DNA of 64,000 nt, taken from assembly GCA_964016885.1 (NCBI GenBank), contig OZ024742.1, positions 222,394,001-222,458,000 of the forward strand. The letters are read 5' to 3'. Positions 1-11,439 of the stretch are shown here, one piece after another. Made by a program: the position numbers and the translations under genes. The first letter of the stretch is position 1; each line of letters starts with the position of its first letter. The notes below the pieces were generated by a model. It searched no databases and had not been told where the DNA came from. It saw only the letters and a list, made by a program, of their open reading frames with translations. Source of the stretch: Eledone cirrhosa (lineage: Eukaryota).

Positions 1-320
1 TGTTCTTCTTTTTGGTAAATATCATCTTGGTTAAGAGAGTGGGTTTGGCTTTGTGCAGTGCCTTTGCTCACTATAAAAGCTTCACGGCACAGGCATTGCT
101 TTATATCTGGAGATCTCTCTGCACTTGTCGTCACATGGTACCATGGGCCCATCACTATGTGTCAATAATGGTCACAAGTGTAGTGTTTGTACCAGAGTTT
201 TCAAGTCGCTGGCTGGACTAAAAAGTCACACTTGTTCAGCGCATTGGTAGGGGTTCTCCTACATGGATATAAAGTAGTGGCCGTACTCGAAAACGAGTTG
301 GCAGCCACCATGTAGATGAC
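1..320 (+). mobile_element. Degenerate 3' end of an RTE-type LINE with a C-terminal C2H2-like finger
   Basis: Manual translation of 164-250 gives NNGHKCSVCTRVFKSLAGLKSHTCSAHW*, a CxxC..F...GL.SH...H motif like the C-terminus of some RTE ORFs. A short 3' UTR follows with a ctcg-aaaa-cgag stem-loop. Confidence 0.5.
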
Positions 321-488
321 CGTTTTGACTGAGTTATGAGAGTATTCAATATTTGTGCCCAATCTCTTGTATTCTAAGTTCAAATCCTGTTGAGGTTCAT
401 TTTTTCTTTCACCCTTTGGGGGATGTTAGAGAAATTACCTGTCAGTGCTGGTGCAGCCTTTTTTCTTGCCAGCTGTCACAACCTAGAC

Positions 489-672
489 CAGGGTTTCCCA
501 AACTTTTTCAAATGTGGAACCCTTTTTGGTTCAGAAACGTTTGGAGGAACCCCAAAGTCTAATACTGTTATATTGTCATAATATAAATATACTCCTCTAA
601 CTTTTTTTATGGAACCCCAGGCACTCCTTTGCGGGACCTTTGGGTTCCATGGAACCCACTTTGGGAACACTG
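489..672. mobile_element. hAT (Charlie-like) MITE
   Basis: TIRs cagggtttcccaaa / tttgggaacactg, repeated subterminal ggaaccc motifs, and imperfect 8-bp TSD acctagac / tcctagat with a central CTAG. Confidence 0.75.
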
Positions 673-1170
673 TCCTAGATGTTCTGCTGAATCAAATGAG
701 GGAGGGTTGAGAAGGTGTTTGTGTTTGCATGGGAGTACATGGGTACCTAAGACCCTTACTGAAAGCATGACTAAATACTACAAAGTCAAACTTGGTTGTG
801 AGCAACAGCTGTAGTTGGTTTGTGTGTGTACATTTGCATGTATGTATGTGCATACATATGTATACATATGTGCATATGTATCTAAATATGCATGTTTTAT
901 ATATATATATGCATGTACATATGTATGTACATGTGTGTGTATGTATACATGTGCACAGTTGTTCAGTACACATATTTTTATTGCCTCACACAGACACTCA
1001 CACTCACACATACACAAACACATCCTTTAAACTGTTCACATATGGTTGCCATCTTTTCACAACCTTCCAGCTATCTAGCTAAGAGATTGATGGTCTGTCA
1101 AGCAACAAAGTAGACTCCTCTTTGTGATTAATGAACATAGTTAGTTGTTAATCATAGCTTCTGGAGATAT

Positions 1171-1174
<4 letters not shown>

Positions 1175-1243
<69 letters not shown>
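1175..1243. repeat. (CT)n microsatellite
   Basis: Perfect dinucleotide run. Confidence 0.95.
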
Positions 1244-1246
<3 letters not shown>

Positions 1247-1430
1247 TAATTCAAAATATTAACAAAAATAGACATTCGTGTGATCAAGTATATTTTATTA
1301 TACATATTTCAGAGGTACTGAGCTATCTTCAACAGTACGTTCTCATCAGATAAAATAAGATGATGCATGACATACCCTGACATAGTAGCTGGTTAAGATT
1401 CAGTCATGGTAGTCAGATATATATATATAT

Positions 1431-1869
1431 ATATTATACTTGGGGAGGGTCATATTTGTGAAAAATTGCCAGAATTAATAACAGAACACACTCACTGTTT
1501 GGTTGGTTTTCGCTTTTCGCTTCTGTGTCTTTTATATCGGTTAATCTAATTTATTCGGGCCTCAATGTTGCCATTGACTGACCAACGGTCAAAAATACAG
1601 ATACAATATAGACACAAACACATATATATAATGTGTTTGTGACTATATTGTATCTGTATTTTTGACCGTTGGTCAGTCAATGGCAACATTGAGGCCCGAA
1701 TAAATTAGATTAACCGATATAAAAGACACAGAAGCGAAAAGCGAAAACCAACCAAACAGTGAGTGTGTTCTGTTATTAATTCTGGCAATATTACACAAAT
1801 ATGACCCTCCCCAAGTATAACAATATTTGTTTCGACACACGGTTTCATATCAAAAACCTCGCAAAACTA
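1431..1869. mobile_element. Penelope-like inverted pseudo-LTR relic (about 185-bp-arm hairpin plus one-sided tail)
   Basis: 1434-1620 is a near-perfect reverse complement of 1633-1820. The terminus atgaccctccccaagtataacaatat and its tail are homologous to the pLTR termini at 15166-15908 and 48432-49888. Flanked by (TA)n. Confidence 0.7.
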
Positions 1870-1880
1870 ATATATATATA

Positions 1881-2223
1881 TCATCATCATCATCATCATT
1901 ATTTTACGTCCACTTTTCCCTGCTTGCAAGGGTGGAACGAGAACTTATTCTGGCTTGATTTCTACAGCTGGATGCCCTTCTTAACACCAACCTCATTTAC
2001 AGTGAGTGCTGGGTGCTTTTTGCCGTGGCACCTACACGACCACTTTGCAGTGGAATGATAGGGACTGTGGTCCCTATCATCTCATTTCTACAGCTGAGTA
2101 AACTGGAGCAATGTGAAATAAAGTGTCTTGCTCAAGGAAACAACACATCACCTGGTCTGAGAATTGAACTCACAACCTTTCGATTGCAAGGCCAATGCTC
2201 TAACCACTAAGCCATGTGCCTCC
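1881..2223 (-). mobile_element. tRNA-headed SINE (family A) with RTE-derived 3' end and (GAT)n tail
   Basis: On the minus strand: A box tggcttagtgg, B box gagttcaattc, a CORE-like ccttgagcaagacactt segment, and a 3' end matching the RTE LINE 3' end at 6244-6312. Near-identical to copies at 4283, 9294, 44773 and 47037. Confidence 0.9.
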
Positions 2224-2869
2224 ATTTACCTGTATATATATGATATACAGGTAAATAAGTGGTGGTATGATGATGGAGGTAGTGATCATTGTGTAAAAAT
2301 GTTGGTGATGCTGGTGATGTTGTAATGATGGTTATGGTGGTGGTAGTGTGGTAATGCTGGTGGTAGTGGTGGTGGTGTGGTAATGCTGGTGGTGGGGAGT
2401 GGGTATATTCCCTCTGTAATCATGTGAAACATCTAAATTTATTGTATGATATCATATCACCTCTTTCTCACCATACCCATTAGACATTATATCATTTTAG
2501 GTGTTTCATATTTTTGTATGAAAATATAAAAAATTGATTAAATGGTTAGTTCTTTTAATTTTAACACCCTGTTCTACATGAAAGCACATTAGCAAGATAT
2601 TTTTTAAGCATATAAAACAGTTTTTAGATTACAGGATTTTAAGAGTTAAGCTTACATCATATATCATGTATACATATAGAGGATATTCTTTTATTCCATT
2701 GTTCTTTTAATATATGTATGTCTATATATATATATATATATACACTCTTTTACCTGTTCCAGCCATCTGGTCGAGGCCATGCTGGGGCACTGCCCTTGAG
2801 ATATATATATATATATATATTCTTGATACTCTGGCATTTCACCTGTATACTCACTTAACCATAATAAAG

Positions 2870-3120
2870 AACCCCAGTGCGTTGCTGGTATTTTATTTTA
2901 TCGAGCCTGTAAGGATGAAAAGTAAAGCTAACCTTGGCGTGATTTGAACTCAGGAGGTAAAGGGATGTAACTCTATGCTGGCCCTTTATGTTCTGAGTTC
3001 AAATCCCACTGAGGTTAGCTTTACTTATCATCCTTTCAGGGTCGATAAAATAAAGTACCAGTAACACCCTGGGGTTGATTCAGTCAACTAACACCGACCC
3101 TTCAAATTGCTGGCCTTGAG
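2870..3120. mobile_element. Two truncated family B SINEs in divergent orientation
   Basis: Motif tctgagttcaaatcc..gaggttagctt..tcatcc..gtcgataaaataaagtaccag occurs on minus (2870-2980) and plus (2980-3120). Confidence 0.7.
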
Positions 3121-3367
3121 TACTCTTTCACGCATTCATCAACATCACATGGATATACATATATACAGTTTGAGCTATAACATTGCATTTCATTTCATTT
3201 TCATTTATAAACACTCTGATCACAAATTATCAGTCATTAGAGTGTTAGATCAAAGGCCTTGGTCTATGTTTCATCTCACTGCACCTTCAGTTCAAATCCT
3301 ACTTAGATCAACATTGCCTTTTCTCCTTTCAGGGTTCATATATTTAGAACCGATCTAAGGAGGATGT

Positions 3368-3595
3368 GGAGGTGCATGGCATAGTGGTAAGGGTGTTGTA
3401 CTTACGATCATAATGGCATGGGTTCGATTCCTGGACTGGGTTGCGTGTTGTGTTCTTGAGCAAAACACTTCATTTCACCTTGCTCCAGTATACTCAGCTG
3501 AAAATGAGTACCCTGCAATGGACTGGCATCCTGTCCAGGGGCAAAGTTTTTCACTCTCAGTCGCTTCATGCCGCCATGAAACCAGGATCTTAAAT
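3368..3595 (+). mobile_element. tRNA-derived SINE with CORE-like middle and a different 3' half
   Basis: A box tggcatagtgg, B box ggttcgattcc, then ttcttgagcaaaacactt..ttgctccagt..ctcagctg, followed by gcaatggactggcatcctgtccaggg. Confidence 0.7.
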
Positions 3596-3787
3596 GGCTT
3601 AAGATAGACTTTAGACTTTTTTTTAGAATCTAAGGATGGTGGTTTGGTGGAATTGTTTAAAGTATCAGACAAGAAACTTTGTGGATATCTAATTTCTCTC
3701 AGAGGTTGAGTATAGGTGCATGGTTTATGTATGGCTTGGGTTCGAGGTCAGCTTTGGTTTTCTGGAATGTATTTCATTCAATCAACA

Positions 3788-3816
3788 ATCTTAGTTGTGT
3801 ATATGTATATATATAC

Positions 3817-3850
<34 letters not shown>

Positions 3851-4246
3851 ATATAGTAATAAATATCTGTCCAGTTGTGTGTATGTATATATATATATTT
3901 ATATATATATTTATTTACGGGATTTATTATATATTTATTTATATATATTTATTATATATTTATTTATATATATATATATTTATTATATATTTATTTATAT
4001 ATATATAATTTATATTATTTATTATATATTTATTTATATATATATATATTTATATATATATATATATATATATAGTAATAAATATCTGTCCAGTTGTGTG
4101 TATGTATATATATATATATTTATATATATATTTATTTATATATATATATATTTATATATATATATATATATAGTAATAAATATCTGTCCAGTTGTGTGTA
4201 TGTATATATATATATATTTATATATATATTTATTTATATATATATA

Positions 4247-4285
<39 letters not shown>

Positions 4286-4621
4286 TCATCATCATCATCA
4301 TCATTTTACGTCCACTTTTCCCTGCTTGCAAGGGTGGGACGGCAACTGATTCTGGCTTGATTTCTACACCTGGATGCCCTTCCTAACACCAACCTCATTT
4401 ACAGTGAGTGCTGGGTGCTTTTTTTTTTCCGTGGCACCTACACGTCCACTTTACAGTGGAATGATAGGGACCTCAGTCCCTATCATCTCATTTCTACAGC
4501 TGAGTAAACTGGAGGAATGTGAAATAAAGTGTCTTGCTCAAGGAAACAACACATCACCCAGTCAGAGAATTGAACTCACAACCTTTCGATTGCAAGGTCA
4601 ATGCTCTAACCACTAAGCCAT

Positions 4622-4657
<36 letters not shown>

Positions 4658-4735
4658 CTCTCTCGCTCTCACTCTCTCTCTCTCTCTCTCTCTCTTATAT
4701 ATATATATATATATAGTAATAAATATCTGTCCATT
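3788..4735. repeat. TA-rich microsatellite block duplicated in tandem with its flanks
   Basis: The anchor tagtaataaatatctgtcca recurs at about 3854, 4073, 4171 and 4714, separated by (TA)n/TTTA tracts. The last unit carries a SINE. Confidence 0.85.
4283..4628 (-). mobile_element. SINE family A
   Basis: Full-length homology to 1881-2223 and a (CAT)n tail on the plus strand. Confidence 0.9.
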
Positions 4736-5378
4736 TTGTGAGGAATAAACCAAAAGCATTAACCATTTGGAGGTTGGCTGCTGTCTAATAGAGTATTTGA
4801 TATAAAGTGAGACATCATGTTTAGAAATGGTAGACTGGGCCGCTGATGGTGGTGGTTGTTATTGGTGGTGATGGTGGCCTTGGTGGTGGTGGTGTAGGGA
4901 AAGTATGTGCTCTATTTGGAAATAACTTTTTTTATATATATATAAAACGTGTAAATGAATATCTGTATGACTGTGTTGTGTTTACATGCACACACAAACA
5001 CTCACACATACACACAAACACTCACACATACACACAAACACAAACACAAACACACACACACACACACACACATACACAAAAAAACGCATCAGTGAATAAC
5101 GGATGATTTTGGGTAAAAAAATAGTTTTGTACTGCCTTCTTGGAACTCATATATATTTCAATGTAACCAAAATTTTCACACACACAAACACACATGTATA
5201 TATATGCATACACTATCATATATATGTGTGTTTATGTATGTGTGTATATGTGTATAAATGTATCAACCATTAGTGCTCTTCATATCTTTTCATTTCATTT
5301 ACTCCATGCATCAGTCTATATAATGTGTGTAGTGGTGGCAAATAAAAAGAAAGTTATCTTTATATATGTGTGTATATA

Positions 5379-5457
5379 CAGGGTGTCCCCAAAAAATATA
5401 TACACACTTCAACGGCATTCTAATAAAAATGTGTATACATTTTTAGGGGACACCATG
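5379..5457. mobile_element. Tc1/mariner-type MITE (about 80 bp)
   Basis: TA|cagggtgtcccc ... ggggacaccatg|TA. Related copies lie at 28705-28777 and 49974-50050. Confidence 0.8.
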
Positions 5458-5487
5458 TATATGTATAAATGTCTATATACACACATG

Positions 5488-5998
5488 ACCAATAAAGAGA
5501 GTACTAGCAATTGGAAAGACTAATGGAAACATTGTTTCTTCGGCCCGATTTGACGAAAGTCAATCGACTGTTGATATATATATATATATATCGACAGTCG
5601 ATTGCCTTTTGTCAAATCGGGCCGAGGAAACAATGTTTCCATTAGTCTTTCCAATTGTTAGTACTATCTATCGGTTGCAGCTCCAGGTAGAAGGGGCAAC
5701 GTAAAATAAAGTGTCTTGCTCAAGGACATAGCGCATCACCCAGTCCAGGAATCAAACTCACAACCTCACGATTCCAAATCCAATTCTTTTACCTCAGCCA
5801 CCCACCATATATATTGACAGTCGATTGACTTTTGTCAAATCAGACTGAGGAAACAATATTTCCATTGGTCTTTCCAATTGCTAATACTATCTATTGGTGA
5901 CAGCTCCAGGTAGAAGGAGCAACGTGAAATAAAGTGTTTTGCCCAAGGACATAATGCACCGCCCAGTCCGGGAATCGAACTCAAAACCTCACGATTGT
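5488..5998. mobile_element. Cluster of three family C tRNA-SINEs (one plus fragment, two minus copies)
   Basis: 5488-5576 is the reverse complement of 5590-5676 around a (TA)n. The minus copies 5590-5805 and 5813-5998 carry the aataaagtgtcttgctcaagg CORE-like segment and a B box. Another copy lies at about 13560-13790. Confidence 0.75.
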
Positions 5999-6029
5999 AT
6001 ATGTATGTATGTATGAATGTATAAATATA

Positions 6030-6059
<30 letters not shown>

Positions 6060-6062
<3 letters not shown>

Positions 6063-6230
6063 TTATTAAAATAACAGATTAAAGTTAACGGGTGAAAGCA
6101 GCGATTCTTTGCTTAAACTTTAATCTGTTATTTTAATAAATATCTGCTCTACGGTTCTTATATATTTGATATATATTTATCCCTATCAAGCCCTCTTTGG
6201 ATTTTAGTCTTCTAATTTATTATTATTACT
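6060..6230. mobile_element. Short hairpin-plus-tail insertion in (TA)n, probable Penelope-like relic
   Basis: Inverted repeat atttattaaaataacagattaaagtt / aactttaatctgttattttaataaat, followed by a one-sided unique tail, with (TA)n on both sides. Confidence 0.45.
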
Positions 6231-6242
6231 ATATATATATAT

Positions 6243-6243
<1 letters not shown>

Positions 6244-6274
<31 letters not shown>

Positions 6275-8826
6275 TTTACGTCCGCTTTTCCCTGCTTGCA
6301 AGGGTGGGACGGGTCTTATTCAGCACAGCATCTCTCCACTCATCACGGTCCCTCGTCATCTCCACCGTGAGCTTCAGCGATCTGAGGTCTGTTCTCACCA
6401 CCTCCGCCCATGTTTTTCGTGGTCTACCTCTACCACGTCTTCCTTCAACTGGCATTTCCTGACACTTCTTCACCCATCGGTCATCCTCCATGCGCATCAC
6501 ATGTCCATACCACCTCAGTCTCCTCTCCCGTACACTACATTCTATCCCTCTCAGACACAGTTTCTCTCTCAACACATTTATGCTGGGTCGCTCACGCACA
6601 TTTACACTGCACATCCAACGGAGCATGCTTGCCTCATTTCTATCCAGCCGTCACATATCCTCTGCAGTTGCTGCCCATGTCTCACTACCATGCAGCATCG
6701 CGCTCCTCACACAGGCATCATACAACCGGCCTTTCGTACGCAGGGAGAAACCCTTCTTCGTCAACAGAGGAAGCAGCTCCCTAAACTTCTTCCAACCCGT
6801 CCTTATTCTAGATACTATGGCCTCGGAACACCCTCCTCCCATGCTAATCTGATCTCCTAGGTACCGGAAGCTATCCACCACTTCTATAGCGCCCTCTTGC
6901 ATTTGAAAAATGTGTCTACCAGTGCGACTTCTACTGTCTAATTTCCCTGTACATCTACTGCATACATATTTCTCCCTACCTGTTAGTTTGCCTGCTATCC
7001 CGCTACATCTCTTGTGTGCATTTTATAGAATTTATGCCAGTTCCTTTTCTGCATATCGAACATGGCCATTTCCCTGACGGAATCAGGGTTTTGTCCTCTT
7101 TTCTACTCATCAACACTTTTGTCTTAGCTAGATTCACTCTCAGTCCTCTTGCTTCCAACTGCTGTTTCCATAGCCAGAATTTATTCTCTAGCTCCTCTAC
7201 TGATTCTGCTATAAGAACCAGATCGTCAGCATAGAGAAGTTCCCATGGACAGCCAGTCTTAAACTCCTCTGTTATGGCTTGGAGGACTATAATGAACAAG
7301 AGCGGGCTGAGGACCGAACCCTGATGTACTCCTACTTGTATCTGGAATTCCTCACTAAACTCCATTCCCACCCTGACTTTACTGAGAGTACCTCTGTACA
7401 AAGTTTGCACTGTCCTCACAAGCCATTCTTCAACACCTAGCTTCCTTAAGGACCACCAGATGACAGATCGGGGTACCCTATCAAAGGCCTTCTCTAGCTC
7501 AACAAAGGCTAAGTATAGTGGCTTATTCTTCTCTAAGAACCTCTCTTGCAATTGTCTCACCAAGAAGAGGGCATCTGTTGTACTCTTCCCAGGCACAAAA
7601 CCAAACTGCATCTCATCTAGTTTGACCCTTTCTCTAATTAGTTGTGCTAAAATCCTTTCTGCCACTTTCATAACCTGATCTATCAGTTTTATACCCCTAT
7701 AATTGCTCCTCTCCAAAGCATCCCCTTTACCTTTGTAGCAATTTATGAGAATACTGCTGCACCCAGTCTTTGGGTATGACACCACCATATATAGCCTGAT
7801 TGATGATGCGTGCAACCAGTTTAGTGCCTACGTCCCTTGATGCCTTCAGCATCTTAGCAACTATTCCCGATGGTCCGGCAGCCTTACCATTTTTCATTTC
7901 CCTAATCGCCTCTTGGACCCTATATTCGTCAATCTCAATAGCTGGTCTCTCTGTCGGATCTACTAAGGGTAATTTCTCTCTCTCCCATTCGTTCTCCACA
8001 TTCATCAGTCTCTCATAATGACATTTCCAGGCCTCCTTTTTCTGATCATTCCTGACACTAAGTACACCGGCATCATCCCCGACACATTTATCTCCAACAA
8101 CATCCTGATTTGCATTGACACACTGCCTTGCAATGTGGAACACCGCACGCCTCTGATCTTCCCGTCGCAGAACATTGGCAAACTTCCTACTCTCTGCTTC
8201 CCTGCGTGCTAAGTACACCTGACGTCTAGCTTCTCTCTTAGTGGCTGTATATTCTTCCCTACTCCCACCCTTTTTCCAAGCCTTCCATGCTAGTCTTTTG
8301 TCTCTAATAGCCTTATCTCCTGTGCTGTTCCACCACCAGGTTACTCTCTGTCTGGTTGGAGCTCTGCTCCAGCCACAGGTTTCATCAGTAGCCTGCAACA
8401 AGTTGTCACGTAAGAAATTCCAGTTATTATCTATGTCATACGTCTCTAAATCGTCTTCTTTTTCGTCATATACATCTTGAAGGGCTTTCCTAAATTTGTA
8501 TTTTAGTGAAAGATCTTTTAGCATCCAGACCTTTCTTCTCCACACCTTCCTATATGTCTCATTCCATCTCTTGCTTACTGAGATATCACTAACAACTAAC
8601 CTATGCTGTGGGGTACATTCTTCCCCAGGGTATGCCTTGGTATTAGACATTATCTGCCTGTCCCGCTGCCTAACTAGCAGGAAGTCAATCTGGCTTATGT
8701 GCTCACCAGATTTGTAGGTTATTAGGTGATTGGCAGGTTTCTGGAAGTTTCTGTTGCAAATAGTCAATGTACCCGCATCACAAAATTCAAGAAGTCTCAC
8801 TCCTTCTTCATTTCTTGAACCGTAAC
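6244..8826 (-). mobile_element. 5'-truncated, disrupted RTE-clade LINE (APE C-terminus, RT, PHD-like insert, C-terminus)
   Basis: ORF pieces 7727-8800 (SQIDFLL, QHRLVV of APE), 7003-7815 (NYRGIKL, QFGF, KAFD, GVHQGSVLSPLLF, LYADD), 6651-6902 (FRYLG, HGSETW) and 6276-6626 (RLRWYGHVMR, RGRPRKTW). There is a frameshift near 7770, a deletion near 7018, an in-frame TGA at 6651, and a (GAT)n tail. Confidence 0.95.
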
Positions 8827-9293
8827 TACTGGTTTATATATATACATAAACCAGTAGTGTGTTGTTACTATATTCTAAGTACATTCCAGCACCAGCTCTG
8901 GTTGTGACATGTTTCCATATTTTACTAAAGTAAAATGCAGAAGCAAACAACATTCCCAGATATTTTACTGATAGATGGGGAAAACAATATATTTATTGAT
9001 CGATAAAAAGAAGGAAATACTGTCCCAAATGGCTCGGTAAATATTGGGATAATCTCTTTATCCTCCTGAATCACATCTTAGTAAATCAGAAACACTCTCT
9101 CAATACATGGGATTGTATTGTTTTAACCCTTTTGGCACTAACTCGCTGGTTCTTTTATGACACGAAGCTGTATATTTTAAAGTGTTTATTTTTATCTAAA
9201 ATATTTTATGTACTAGGATTTTTTTCAACACGCTGACACATATGTGTGTATGTGCATATACATACATTTCTATGTATGAGTATATGAATATAA

Positions 9294-9626
9294 ATGGCTT
9301 AGTGGTTAGAGCATTGGCCTTGCAATCGAAAGGTTGTGAGTTCAATTCTCAGACCGAGTGATGTGTTGTTTCCTTGAGCAAGACACTTTATTTCACATTG
9401 CTCCAGTTTACTCAGCTGTAGAAATGAGATGATAGGGACTGGGGACCATATCATTCCACTGCAAAGTGGTCGTGGAGGTGCCACGTCAAAAAAAAGCACC
9501 CAGCACTCACTGTAAATGAGGTTGGTGTTAGGAAGAGCATCCAGCTGTAGAAATCACGCCAGAATCAGTTCCTGTCCCACCCTTGAAAGCAGGGAAAAAG
9601 CGGATGTAAAATGAATGAATGAATGA
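9294..9626 (+). mobile_element. SINE family A with (GAAT)n tail
   Basis: Homologous to the other family A copies and ends gtaaaatgaatgaatgaatgaa. Confidence 0.9.
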
Positions 9627-9895
9627 AAAACACACGCACTCTTACAAAAATACACACTCAGGCATACATTCGCACAAACACATACATACATAAATGGAAC
9701 GCCAGCCGCTAATTTACTATAGTTTTTTCACCACCATCTTCCGTTCTTTTACACATTCAGGCAGGCAGCAGACATAAAGAGAGAGGAGTAGTATGAGTCA
9801 AACTACTCCTCTCTCTTTACGTGTTGTAACAGAATCACAGAACTTTATGTATAGAAGAATCTTTGTTTAGTTATGTTCCAAACAGCCAACTTAAT

Positions 9896-10310
9896 GGTTT
9901 CTGATTTAGGGACAAGGCCAACAATTTGGAGATAGGGGAAAGTCGATTAAATTGACCCCAGTGCATTACTGGTGCTTTATTTTACTGACCTCATAAAGAT
10001 GAAAGGCAAAGCTAACCTCGGCGGGATTTGAACTCAGAATATAAAGGGCCATAACTCTAAGCCACAAACATTTTATCCAATGCTCTATTGATATTGCCAG
10101 AATTTCTAATTTGGGCACAAGGCCAGCAATTTTAGGGAAAGTGAACGTCTATTATATCAACCCCAACACCTCACTGGTATTTATTTTATCGACCTCAAAA
10201 GAATGAAAGGTAAAGTTGACCTCGGCGGGATTTGATCTCAGAACAAAAAGTTCTAACTAAATACCACAAAGCATTTTCTCCAATGCTTTACCAATTCTGC
10301 TAATACAGAC
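9896..10310 (-). mobile_element. Two tandem family B SINEs
   Basis: Two copies of ttctgatttagg.acaaggcca..ttactggt..ttatttta..gatgaaaggcaaag.t.acctcggcgggatttgaactcaga. Confidence 0.8.
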
Positions 10311-10569
10311 CCTTACCCCAACTTAGTAATGAGAACAATTCTTCATCTTTTTCAAAATTATTTAAAAATCATAGACAATGTCTTTCATTAGAAATATGCT
10401 AATGAAAGTGTTAACTGTTTTGATACCAACCTATCCAAAACCATTCTAGTTTTATCATAGAAAACTACCTCTTTTAAAATATCTGTTCTTAATATTAAAA
10501 CCTATTATAATGTGCATCACCATTGTCCTTTGAAAACAGAATGAGATAGTAATTATTCTACACTATTAT

Positions 10570-10830
10570 ATCTGCCTTTTCATGCTTGCATGGATTGGAT
10601 AGGTCCTTTGCAGCACAACCTCCTTCCACTAGTAGTGTTTCTTCATTATCTCCACAGTGAGGTTCAATGTTTTGAGATCACCTCTAACCACTTCTGCCCA
10701 AGTTTTTCTTGGTCTTTCTCATCTGCAGCTTCCTTCCACTGGCCTCACCTTATATTTCTTTACCCAGCATTCATCATCCATACATATCACATATTCATAG
10801 CAGTGCAGTCTTCTCTCTTGCACATAACAT
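10570..10830 (-). mobile_element. Old RTE LINE 3' fragment
   Basis: Decayed nucleotide homology to 6276-6530 (atctgccttttcatgcttgca..., ccaagtttttcttggtctt, gcagtcttctctcttgcac). Confidence 0.6.
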
Positions 10831-11439
10831 CTTGTTTTTCTTATATATCTCTCTAAAAGCCTTACATCATAATTTTTGTAAGAAATTTTGTTATCTCAAA
10901 CACCAACTTAATATTGAGACAGTTAGTTATGTTACTAAATCCTTCCAAATTCTTCATTATTTTCAAAATGATTTGCCAATCATAGGCAATGTCCTTCATT
11001 TAAAATTTGATAAGGAAAGGGTCTACCTTTTAATACAAACCCATCCCAAACTACTATAGTTTTATTATTAAAAAATTGCCTCTTTTAAAATGTTCGTACT
11101 TAATATTTAAACATTCTATCCTGATTTTATTTAAGAAATTTTTAACTAATGTTTCAAACATAGCTTTCTTATGAAAAATTTACTTTATTAAATTTCCTGC
11201 TTATTTTCAAAATGATTTGAAACACAGAGGCATTGTATTTCATTAGAAATATAGTATCAAAATGGTTAAATTGTTTATAATGTTCCAGCATTGCTATATG
11301 TATCCTTTTTACAGTAGTTCAGTGGTGGTCAGAGACCTGTTTAATTTATGGTACAATTGTTTCATAGAACCTACAGTTTGACAAATGTGCCTGAACACAG
11401 AAGAACCAAACTCCCACTGTCATTCCCTCCATCTCTCTC

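Noticed and set aside
164-250. Host C2H2 zinc-finger gene (expanded in cephalopods)
   Set aside because: A single finger with no TGEKP linker, an immediate stop and an RTE-like 3' end, so better explained as a LINE C-terminus.
1290-1352. Hammerhead-like words on the minus strand (ctgatgag, tgaaga...gaaatatgta)
   Set aside because: I could not form convincing stems I and II.
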